Origin: Sedimentisphaerales bacterium | GTDB lineage: Bacteria > Planctomycetota > Phycisphaerae > Sedimentisphaerales > SM23-30 | Assembly (NCBI GenBank): GCA_963663965.2 | Contig: CAXXFK010000010.1 | Location: forward strand, 160,001 to 224,000 | Length of the DNA: 64,000 nt | Reading direction: 5' to 3' | Shown here: positions 32,203 through 43,100 of the stretch, piece by piece | Layout: each line of letters opens with the position of its first letter | Numbering within the stretch: the first letter of the stretch is position 1 | The notes under the pieces: generated by a model | Seen by the model: the letters and a program-made list of their open reading frames with translations, nothing else | The model's database searches: none | Told to the model about the DNA's origin: nothing | Program-made: the position numbers and the translations under genes

Positions 32203-32729
32203 ATCTCAGATATCTCCAATTTCCGGCAAATACACTTCATGAGCAGTGACAAAATCCGGGATTCATTTCGATAAATCGTATTCATGGCCACCCCAATTAA
32301 CATGGAGAGTTCACGAGCTGTTTTTTTTTGAACAAAACGATAATTAATCAATAACTGGTCTTTATCTTTTAATTTCTTTAAACATGACCGAAGCGCGTCC
32401 AGCCTGTCGCTTTCATTGTCTAACAGTTTAAAAGATTCTTTCGATAATAGTTCAATCATATCCGAACTTAATTGTACTTTGGTATTATATTTGCTGCGAT
32501 ACTTTAAAACCTGCAATTTGGCAATTGTAATCGCCCACGCACAGAAATTAGTACCAATTTCGAACTTTTCAAACTTCTCCCACAGAATTTTAGATGTTTC
32601 CTGAAAGATATCGTCAGCGTCTGAAGAATTTGGTACAAGTGCAAAGATATATGCCCTGATTCGACTATAATTCGAAGTAAACAGTTCAAGGAAAGCTACA
32701 TTTCCCTCATTTGTACCAAATTTCAACAT
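32199..32729 (-). CDS. ECF sigma-70 factor (Planctomycete/Verrucomicrobia type)
   Basis: RIRAYIFALVPNSSDADDIFQETSKILWEKF...GTNFCAWAITIAK (region 2), LDALRSCLKKL...(region 4). ATG 32729 follows GGAGAAG; the ORF track starts at 32816. Confidence 0.92.
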   Translation of the reverse strand: MLKFGTNEGNVAFLELFTSNYSRIRAYIFALVPNSSDADDIFQETSKILWEKFEKFEIGTNFCAWAITIAKLQVLKYRSKYNTKVQLSSDMIELLSKESFKLLDNESDRLDALRSCLKKLKDKDQLLINYRFVQKKTARELSMLIGVAMNTIYRNESRILSLLMKCICRKLEISEI

Positions 32730-33587
32730 TCTTCTCCATTCGTAGATAGATTTCAACGTGACTAGAAACATGGCCTTTCTAATATATAATCCATTTAAAA
32801 AGTGTTTTTCACACATTTGAGATATGTTATTCTGATATTTTTTAATTTCTCCAGTTAGAAAGACACCTTATTATCCTGAATATTGGTAATGCTATAGAAA
32901 CATAGGTCCTATAACTTCTGAGAGATGCTGCCATTAGTATATGGAACATGAGGTAAAAATGCCTGAAACTCGAAGGCTGTTAAAATGAAATTTTACTGAA
33001 GACCGTTTTCCTGTCGACAGTATTTTATCAGATTTTACGGAAATATTATCATTGGCACCAGTTACATATTAAAACTCTAAGCACTTGCTAAAGAGTACTT
33101 TAACGCAAATTAGCCAATCACGACTCTTATGATCTTTCAGACCATCGTATGCTATAATTCAACCTGTTTGTTAAAGAATGGCTCATAGGATATGATGGAT
33201 TTCGGCGATGGTTTTTAACTTTAAATGAATAGTTGACAGGCCTATCGACACCGAGATACCACAATACCGACAACCGATAGCCAGTAATAAAGTTGCATAC
33301 CAACCAAATTATAACTATTTAAAAATAAATGACTTACTCCACCTTTCACTGTTTTAATATTTCATTTCAGGGAAAATTATCTTATATACAGATTCACGGT
33401 TAGTTATGTAATCTCCGGTTAATGCTGTTAGTGTCTGATACCATTTAAGCATACAGTGTACCTCCGAAATTCACTTTTTTTGTGATTTGCTTAAAACGTA
33501 ACCTTAACTGGCGTATTAAATGACTCATAGTAATAAGTCTATAAATTCCTTCAGCATAGAGTTGATTAACCATAGGCGGGCTTATAA

Positions 33588-33622
33588 ATTGGAAAAGTCC
33601 AGTCAGATTTACTGGCTGGACT
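33588..33622 (-). terminator. Probable intrinsic terminator after the surface-protein operon
   Basis: Minus strand AGTCCAGCCAG-TAAAT-CTGACTGGACT followed by TTTCCAATTT, about 40 nt after the stop at 33661. Confidence 0.65.
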
Positions 33623-33660
33623 ATAATAAATGAGTACTTGCGACAATCAATAACGATTCG

Positions 33661-36600
33661 TTATTTATTCATGTTCTCCTGCCAGCTTGTGCTTAGCATA
33701 TCCAGATCAAGTACATCGACATTGCCGGAACGGTTCAAATCGGCGCCTTCGCACCAGGATGGTTCGTAACAATCAGCGCCAAACCACTGGTATGACAACA
33801 TCAGGAAATCGTTCAAGTCCACGACACGGTCACGCACGACATCACCAGCGGGGAAAGGCTCAATCTGGCCCAACATGGTGTAATTGGGTGTTTTGGCCAG
33901 GTAGCCTTCATCGAAGGGGATAATGGTTTCATCGCCGGTAAACAGGCTGTTAAGATGAACCCATTGTTTATTCAGACGGGCATAGACATTGAGATCGCCC
34001 AATACCAGTACCGAACCACCACGGATGCGCAGGCCATTAATACCGCCAAACCGGCCGATCCCATTGAGATACAGGGCTTCCCGGCCAGATGTGCCGCGAT
34101 TGCCATTGTCTTTAATATCTAATAATTGCAGTTCGGTCGGCTGACCATCCCGCCCCACGACTAACTGACCGATCGAAAAATTGCCCGCAACCGGTTCGTT
34201 AACCGACGGCAAGCCGGTATCTTCGCCGCCGGCTTCCAGATACTGCAAGGTCTTATCAGTAATGACATCGCCCGCCGGCATGATGGTATTGTCAAAAACC
34301 GAAGGTTGCGGGTTTTCTACGGCTCCATTCATGACTATATAAGCGCCGTCCATTTTGACCTGGCTCTCATCGGTATTACTGAAAAGAAAATGCTTGCCAA
34401 TTTCCAGAACTGACAGATCTGCCAGAGACAACCTGCTACTGGAAGTGAGTTGCAATTCACCCTTAAATTGAAACGCTCCCGCTTTATCGGCCGCGATCAA
34501 CTGGGTGTTAACCGGTGTAACCAGCTCATCAAAAACATACTGACCGTTGCCATAAGTATAAAAATGAACACTGCCGGAATTGGCGCTTGTTATGGTTTGA
34601 AGGCTACTCATATCAATAATCGAATTCTTATTACAAATAAAGTACAATCGGTCATCACTGTAATAAGGCGATCGTATCGTCTCAACACTGGATAAATCTA
34701 TCCGACCTCCTTGCTCAGCCTTAACATAATGATAATTATAGCTCCATCCATAACTATGGCCCGCATCCAAATAAGTCAATGAGGATAGATCCAGTATCGA
34801 TCCTTCACCCACTGCTCGATATTGATCAATTTCATGCGTATCATACGCTACAATGGCAACCTGATCCGCAACAATTTCTCCTGTGCCCCACTGCTTGCCA
34901 TCTTTGACCATAAACCTCGCCCCATCAATCTTGGTCAATCCACCGGTTGAAAATAACCTTGTCGGATCCAGTTCCAACCAGGCAATCGGACCGGAAAATT
35001 CTTTTAATGACGGCGCAATAAATGAGGCCGAAGATAATTCGTCATTAGAAAAATATAACCTGGAATCTACCATCTTTGATAATTCAGGAGTATTTATCTC
35101 AACATCATTATATAGATACAGATTACTTCGATACACCTGTTGCAACGATGGGAATGCCCAATCATTATAGGCCTGAATATATGCATACCCAACATTGGCG
35201 CTGTTAATCATTCTCAAACTACTCAAGTCAATTTCCGAGTCTGAATCACATATTAAATACAATCGGTCATCACTGTAATAAGGCGATCGTATCGCCTCGA
35301 CAGCGGATAAATCGACCCGGCCCCCTTGCTCGGCCTTGATATAATGATAATTATAGCTCCATCCATAACTATGGCCCGCATCCAAATAGGTCAATGAGGA
35401 CAGATCCAGTATCGAACCTTCACCCACTGCTCGATATTGATCAATCTCATGCGCGTCATACGCTACCATAGTAACCTGATCCGCAACAACTTCTGCTGTC
35501 CCCCATTGCTTGCCACCTTTTACCGTAAACCTCGCTCCATCTATGTTGGTCAATCCTCCGGTTAAAAATGATCTTGTCGGATCCAGTTCCAACCAGGCAA
35601 TGGGACCGGAAAATTCTTTTAACGACGGCGCAATAAATGAGCTTGAGGAAAAATCATCGTTTGAATAATATAGTCTGCTATTAACCATCTTCAGCAATTC
35701 TGGAGCATTTATCTCAACATCATTGTAAAGATAAAAAAAACTTTGAGTGACCTGCTGCAATAATGGAAATGCCCAATCATTATAGGTCTGAATGAATGTA
35801 TAGCCGGCATTGGCGCTATTAATCGTTCTCAAACTACTCAAGTCAATTGCCGAGTCTGAATCACATATTAAATACAATCGGTCATCACTGTAATAGGGCG
35901 AACGTATTGTCTCAACACTGGATAAATCGACCAGACCCCCTTGCTCGGCCTTGACATAATGATAATTATAGCTCCATCCATAACTATGGCCCGCATCCAA
36001 ATAGGTCAATGAGGACAGATCCAGTATCGATCCTTCACCCACTGCTCGATATTGATCAATTTCATGCGTATCATACGCTACAATGGCAACCTGTTCCGCA
36101 ACAATATCCCCTGCACCCCACTGTTTGCCATCTTTTACCGAAAACCTCGCTCCATCAATATTGGTCAATCCACCCGTCGAAAATGACCTCGTTGGATCCA
36201 GTTCCAACCAGGCAATCGGACCGGAGAATTCTTTTAATGACGGCGCCACAAATGAGGCCGAGGAAAATCCGTCATTAGAAAAATATAACCTGGAATCTAC
36301 CATCTTTGACAATTCAGGAGTACTTACCTCAACATCATTATATAAATACAGATAACTTCGAGACACCTGTTGCAATGATGGGAATGCCCAGTCATTATAG
36401 GTCTGTATAAACGTATACCCAACATTGGCGCTGTTAATCGTTCTCAAACTACTCAAGTCAATTTCCGAGTCTGAATCACATATCAAATACAATCGATCAT
36501 CACTGTTATAAGGCGATCGTATCGTCTCAACACCGGAAAAATCAATCTTTCCACCCATTAGCGCTTTGATGTAATTATAATTATAACTCCACCCATAACT

Positions 36601-37161
36601 GTGGCCCGCATCCAAATAGGTCAATGAGGACAGATCCAGTATCGATCCTTCACCCACTGCTCGATATTGATCAATATCATGTGTACTAGTTGTAGATATT
36701 GAAACATTGGAAACAGGAACATTAATATACCCACCGTTATTAACATAAAATTTCGCCAATCCGCTGGTAATTAAATAATCCCCGCCCGGTATCACATCAA
36801 ACCGGGCATTATCCGCATTGATATTGCCATTGAACAGCCCAATATCCGTTACCGTAATATCAGAATAAGGTTTCAGATTAAACGTTTTATCCTGGGCCAG
36901 ATAAAAACCGTATAACTGGATCGGTACATCCATCTCATACTCGACGGAAGTCCCTGAAGAAATATTGGCGATATAGTCATCCCAGTAATCATCGAAGGGC
37001 ACGATGCCAATATCCCAGTTACTGCCATTCCAGTAATCAGTGGATACTGCCCCGGTCCAGTTGGCCGTGACGGTATCGGCTCGAAGCGGCATCATGACCG
37101 TTAACAGACCAGGTATCAGGCAAAGCCATACTAAATGTTTAGATTTCACATTCTGACGCAT
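33661..37161 (-). CDS. Secreted repeat (beta-solenoid/LRR-like) surface protein with dockerin-like tail; paralogue of 48312-52751
   Basis: Signal peptide, WTGAVSTDYWNGSNW cap, ~3.4 repeats of 205 aa (LDLSSL motifs), conserved C-terminal domain (QYLEAGG...IGQLVVG...NGNRG..GREALYL), double dockerin-like end. Confidence 0.85.
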   Translation of the reverse strand: MRQNVKSKHLVWLCLIPGLLTVMMPLRADTVTANWTGAVSTDYWNGSNWDIGIVPFDDYWDDYIANISSGTSVEYEMDVPIQLYGFYLAQDKTFNLKPYSDITVTDIGLFNGNINADNARFDVIPGGDYLITSGLAKFYVNNGGYINVPVSNVSISTTSTHDIDQYRAVGEGSILDLSSLTYLDAGHSYGWSYNYNYIKALMGGKIDFSGVETIRSPYNSDDRLYLICDSDSEIDLSSLRTINSANVGYTFIQTYNDWAFPSLQQVSRSYLYLYNDVEVSTPELSKMVDSRLYFSNDGFSSASFVAPSLKEFSGPIAWLELDPTRSFSTGGLTNIDGARFSVKDGKQWGAGDIVAEQVAIVAYDTHEIDQYRAVGEGSILDLSSLTYLDAGHSYGWSYNYHYVKAEQGGLVDLSSVETIRSPYYSDDRLYLICDSDSAIDLSSLRTINSANAGYTFIQTYNDWAFPLLQQVTQSFFYLYNDVEINAPELLKMVNSRLYYSNDDFSSSSFIAPSLKEFSGPIAWLELDPTRSFLTGGLTNIDGARFTVKGGKQWGTAEVVADQVTMVAYDAHEIDQYRAVGEGSILDLSSLTYLDAGHSYGWSYNYHYIKAEQGGRVDLSAVEAIRSPYYSDDRLYLICDSDSEIDLSSLRMINSANVGYAYIQAYNDWAFPSLQQVYRSNLYLYNDVEINTPELSKMVDSRLYFSNDELSSASFIAPSLKEFSGPIAWLELDPTRLFSTGGLTKIDGARFMVKDGKQWGTGEIVADQVAIVAYDTHEIDQYRAVGEGSILDLSSLTYLDAGHSYGWSYNYHYVKAEQGGRIDLSSVETIRSPYYSDDRLYFICNKNSIIDMSSLQTITSANSGSVHFYTYGNGQYVFDELVTPVNTQLIAADKAGAFQFKGELQLTSSSRLSLADLSVLEIGKHFLFSNTDESQVKMDGAYIVMNGAVENPQPSVFDNTIMPAGDVITDKTLQYLEAGGEDTGLPSVNEPVAGNFSIGQLVVGRDGQPTELQLLDIKDNGNRGTSGREALYLNGIGRFGGINGLRIRGGSVLVLGDLNVYARLNKQWVHLNSLFTGDETIIPFDEGYLAKTPNYTMLGQIEPFPAGDVVRDRVVDLNDFLMLSYQWFGADCYEPSWCEGADLNRSGNVDVLDLDMLSTSWQENMNK
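34590..36680. repeat. Intragenic tandem repeat, 615-bp unit, ~3.4 copies
   Basis: TCGATATTGATCAAT recurs at 34816, 35431, 36046 and 36661, exactly 615 apart; units are highly similar at DNA level. Boundaries approximate. Confidence 0.92.
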
Positions 37162-37196
37162 AATTGAATCTCCTTATTATAACTGTTATTCCTGTC

Positions 37197-40100
37197 TTAG
37201 TTGTTCTGTTTAAGCCATTCACGGGCCAATATAGTATAATCCAGCCAGTTCACCACACCATCGCCATCCGGTGGTGGCGCAATATCTGTGACAGGATTGC
37301 TATCGAGCCAGCCTTCGGCCAGTTGCAATAAATCAAGGGTGTCGACTGCACCGTTCTTATCAAAATCACTCCATAATCCAGACCGGGTCATCCACGGGAT
37401 CTGATATAGATTAAACGGTTCACTGTGATCGACGATCATATGAATGGTACCGATACCCGACGAACTCTTGCCCGGTTCAATCAGGTTATAGAAAATGCTG
37501 GAAGACAACAATTCGACGTTATCCGGTGGATTGATCATCAGGAAGTATAAATCATCGATGCCGTCATAGACACATTCATTTTTCAGCTCAACCGAATAGA
37601 CATATTCATATAAGGTCCGCCCAACTCGCCTGGATGACATCAAGTGATATCCGGCCAGATCGGGTTCGCAAACCTCTGGTATGGCCACCAGGAATGTCCC
37701 CAGCAATTGATTGGCCATGGTATTCCCACTGGTATCGGCCACCTGGCCGGCGTTCAGAATAATTTCATAGACGCCATTATCGCTGACATCCCAACTGCCA
37801 TCGGGGCCGGATACCTGATAGGTTACCCAGCGCGGTGTGCCATTTTCATCATTATCCACAGCAACAAACCCGGCGTAAGCAGTAAAATTATCGGGACCGG
37901 CAATGACAATATCCTGACTGTCAAACGTCACGGTATCCAAAGCGACATTGTCCGTATACAATACTCTAAACTGATAGGCCTCTATTTGAGGCGTCGTAAC
38001 GATTTCGGTTTCCAATGCATTAAAGGATGGCGGAGTCAGGTCCGTCGATTCGAAGTACAAGGTATACTGACCGGAACCGCCCTGATCGAACAGATGGATC
38101 ATATGTTCACGAACGGATTTTTCGCCATCACGATGGGTACGGTCGGTCTGCCAGGCATTGAAGTTCATGATCAATTCTTTGCCATCGGAGCGACGAACCC
38201 GGGTCAAGGTATATTGACCGTTATACGGGTCAGCAAATTTGAGATAGGCCCATCCCTGGGGCATTGTCACAACCGCAGTGGCCTGGTACAGCGCCATCTG
38301 TGGATGGACAATGGCATTCAACACCGGGGTTACTGCTTCGACACCGCCATCACTGAAATGGACCTCATCAGGCAGATCCTGGCGTTGATAATCGTTGGGA
38401 TCTTCGTACGGATCATCCGGCCAGATGGTGTTGTTGACCATAAAATCGGGCAGGCCATCGTCTGTGGCGCCGCCACGAACCGTATGGATCAATTCATAAA
38501 TCTGGACATCATCCACCAACGACAAACGCGGATCGTCAATTGGACCCAGGTGCTCATAGGATGCGCTGTACTCAATGAAATGGCCCTGCAGCGTTGAGGT
38601 CATCAGCCAGCGAACCACCTTGCTTTCATTGGGATACAGATCGCCCAGACTCAAATTGAGCGAAGGATTGACCTGCTGGGTTCCAACCTGGGCGCCGATC
38701 AATTTGAAATCGATCAACAAGCCCTTTTCGTTTTCAACAATTTTCGGTTGACTGGAGGTGATCCGGATATTGCGCGCCGAACCATATCCCTTATTGGTCA
38801 TGATCATACCCAGCGTAAACGGTTCTGCCAGTTCGATCTCGTCGGTCCAGGGATCATCGCTGAAGACATCCCGCTGCCAGAAATACTTGAGATACAGACT
38901 CGGATCAGGCTTGACCGTAATGGGCGCCGGTTCCAGCGGCACGACCACGCTGCGGCCATTCTGGGTATAATAGAATACGCCACTAACGGTGTAATCCTGA
39001 TCTTCAATCGGGGCCGCCTCGGGATAAGGCACGATCAGCCAGGACAACGACCCGGACATATCGGGCAGCAGAATCCCTTTGGACTCAAACTCATCCAAAT
39101 TATCATAGACCGGATGATCGATGGCGAAACGATCGGTGGCCAGATTGCCTTCGGCATCATAAACAGTGATATCAACGGAAATATCCGTAACCGGTTCCAC
39201 CTTATCAGGATTATCGATTTCCAGTTTGGCGGTAAAGGCCGTACGCGTAACCGCGACACGCTGTTCAATCTGTAAACGCACCTGGGCACAGACACCATCA
39301 TCTTCAGCCGGTTCAGGCATAATTTCATCATTTAATTGTTGATCGGCTTTTAATTCAATCTTCTTTGGAGTCATTCTCGATATATAAATATATGAAGGCA
39401 GATTATCGACTAACTGGTCGACCAGAGCCGTCTCAATATCATCATGCGCCATAACTAAGAAGTCAGAAAATTCATCTGATACTGGTGATGCTGATTTGGG
39501 ACTCCCATCACACATGTAACCATCACAACCATCATCGATTGGACACACCAGATAATGTCTTTGGTCAGGATCGCCAAGTTGGACGGACGGCCATCCGGAA
39601 ACACAGTCTCCCAAATTGGCTTTTATGCCGGCCATATAATAAATCCCCTTGAAACATCCTCCCTTATCCCAGGCGCCATTTTCATATTTCAAATACAGAT
39701 TAGCACCAGTCTGGGCATTTAAAGCAACTTTGAAGGGTTCACATTCAAAAGCACAAGGCAAATCGCCGCCAATATTAATACTAACATTACCTTCCCCCCC
39801 CAGATAACCATCTAAGCCTATGTTTGCGCTGGCGGTTATATCCGGATTACCAAAATTACAGCCAGAATTGAATTGAGCACCCGCATTAGCATATGGAGTT
39901 ATCTCGGCACCGGCTTTAATTTTTCCGCTGACACTGCCACCGATGGTAACATCCTCAAGGAATTCGCCTTCCCGGCAGGGATTGACAACATTGTGAATCG
40001 TGATAGATGGGGTTGAAAAAGATATTTCTTTTTCGAAGCCAACACCTATGGGGAACTTAATATCAATACCGACATCGGCTTTAATCTCAAAACCAATGCC

Positions 40101-43100
40101 CCCTTCTTCGGTACAACAAGTACAAATGGTTCCTTCAGCTTTAATCTCGACTTCTGGATCCAATAGTCCTCCCGTTTTAACTTTCACAAATGTAGCAATT
40201 GCCTCACCAATAAAATCCAGATAACTGCTTACATCCACCGTACGGCACCAGGGTTTATAAACTGCCGGATCACATTTTTTACATTCTACCGGAGGGGTAT
40301 ACTTTGGTTCAATCTGATAGGGTTTACCCGGGCCGCCCTGGCCGCCACCGGCAATCCAGCCGCCACCGCCACCACCCGAACTACCCGGTCCGCCACAACC
40401 CGGTACAACATTGTAAATGGGGATTGGGATCGAATAATATTGGGTTCCGATACAAACCAAGGCATATTTAACGCCGGCATAGATCCAACAATCGAATCCA
40501 GAAGCCGGCATAATTCCGCTACCGTCAGCCTGAGGCGAGATCTTCTCGATGATCACTGGGACAACCATTTTCTGTTTGGCTTCCAACCGTCCCAGATCCT
40601 CAATCAAGGGCGTGATCCGCCAGAGTGGATGGGAACCGAAATTCAATTCAACATCATTCACGGCGATCAAGCCATGATTTTCGACGGTAAAATCTATTTG
40701 GGTCACCGAATCGCTGATCTGAGCCAGATCCAGTAACGGTGGGTCGATGGTAATAACCGGGGTGGGCACATTGGTTTCAAACACCGCTTCCAGAACGACC
40801 AGCGTCACATCGTCAATTTCGGTTTCGGTCACCGTCCAGTTATAGCTGATCGTTTCGCGGGGCATAAAGGCGCGTATCAGATTGACCTGGCCGGATTCGA
40901 CCAGAATCGTCTCCTGGTAGGCGGCGTGTTTTTCGGCGTCGACCCGCAGAACATAATAGCCTTCGTGAATGCCCTCAAACAGGGCGGGTTGATTGTCATC
41001 CCCGGTGATCTGTTCATTTAATACCTGGAAAGTCTTGGGATCACGTAACGTTACCCGCGCGTAAGGCACCAAGGGTCCGGATTCGCTGTATTCACCGGTT
41101 GACCAGAAGGTATATTCATCTTCAACCTGTACCACCAGGTCCCCGGTGCGATTTGACCTGGCTTCAATCCGGTAATTGATGGCATCGCCATACGTATAAG
41201 CCGGATCCGCCACGGAGATCAAACCGCTATAAGTTCCCAAAGCGATATCGATATCCGGTTGCAGATTGATAATCACCGTAGCGACATCACCGGTATCCAG
41301 TGCCGGCAGTGCGGGAGTGGTCAGATGCATCCAGGGCGTATTATCCGGCAAAAAGACCTGAAGGTTTTCCGCCCGGCCCGTACCGATGTTTTTTACATCA
41401 AAGCTGAACAAAGTCTGTTCACCGGCCACCATGGCCGTATTGATATTTTTGGGGCTGATGACCAGATAGGGTTCAAGATGCCTGACGTACAGATTCAGAA
41501 TGAACGATGCCTGAGCCCCTTCAGCGCTGCTAAAGGTTAGTGGTATGGGATACACATCACTGGCCTGGCCTGAAGCGCTCAAATAGATATCTACCGGCAG
41601 ACTGCCCGATGGCTCCAGATAATTACGGGCGGGATTGAGTTCGACGCGGACATCGGATGGAATACCCGAAACCTGAGCCTGAATATCCGTCAGGAAACTA
41701 TCTCCCAGATTAACCAGATTGATTCGCTTCACGATTGAGCTGTTATCCGGATTGATTTCCACATGCGTGAAACCTGATTGCACTTTCATGCCATGCAATA
41801 CAAAGGTATCCTGGATCGCCGGCTTGATATTACCCGGAGTGCCGGTGCGAATGGTGTAGGAACCGGCTTCGTTCGCCAGGGGCTGGAACGTGATTTCATA
41901 CTGACCATTTTCATCGGAAATCAGCATTCCGCCCTGATCGTTTTGCGTGACCAGGCGATCACTGCCTTTTACCGAGATCCGCAAAGCCAGCGGCATATCA
42001 GCCAGTTGATTGCCTGATATCGGATCGCGAGCCTGGCCGGTGATTACAATCGGGGTCCCCGCGGGGGCAGCCTCAATATTGGTCCGGGCCGTTACCTCAT
42101 AATCCATCACGTTAATCAATAAACTGGTATTGATTTCGTTGTTACTTTCGCCACCGGTTAATCCTTCGTTGACTGCATCGGTCCGGTCAGTAATAATCTT
42201 CAGATAATAATCGCCCGGAATCCAGGGCAGATTCACCGGAATAGCATTGGAATACGTTTCGTTCGGATCCAGCGGGCTGTCATGCATGTTTTCCGCCAGA
42301 AATGTTTCCTGCTGCGTATCGTAATTTACCGCAACGATCCGATCGGTCCAGGTTCCGGCGGCAATAGCCTCGCCGGTATTACGGACCTGATAGTCAACGG
42401 TAATATTCTGACCAACCAATCCACCCGTGGCGTATTGAATGCTTTCCTGAACGATCGTCAAGTCCGGCCGCAAGGGCTGATCGACTTGAACGACAACATC
42501 CGAAAAGGCGTAATTAGTTTCATTCGTTTCAACCAGTCTGTTTTCGGTGTCTGTGATAACTAACCAGTAATAATTCCCCTGGATGCGACCCGGAATCACA
42601 ATATCTCGGGCCACATCATAAGCGTCTAATCCCGCGACATCGCTGTTTCTGACATACGATGTCACATAGATATCATCACCCACTTCCTGGTCATTCGACA
42701 GATAGATCGTATCGATCCACCAGGCGCGCGCCGTCGCTTCGCTATGGTTTGTCACCTGCCAGTGAATCGATTCTTCTGCATCAGCAACGACCATATCCGG
42801 AAAATCGATAAAGACCGGATTCAGATCAGGCAGGACCAATTCCGATTTTATCGACGCAACCATGGTATTGTTGCTTTCATTCAGTTCCGATAGGGTATCC
42901 TGATAATCGACTTCAACGATGATATAATACCCATTCGGAAGATCAGGAACCACCACCTGCTCAGTGCGAATCACACTTTGATCGGGAGCCAGATCATTAT
43001 CCTTAAAGAAATAATTGGCCAACAGCCGGTCATTACCCGGTTGATTATCATGGGAGGCGTAAATCCGTTCGGTCCAGTGTCCGGTTGCCGATCCGGCGCC

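Noticed and set aside
32816..33580. Hidden small gene or RNA in the long AT-rich gap
   Set aside because: The part I translated by hand (~33170-33300) gave only short, stop-interrupted frames, the ORF track lists nothing here, and I saw no recognisable RNA fold. Only the N17 dyads were retained.
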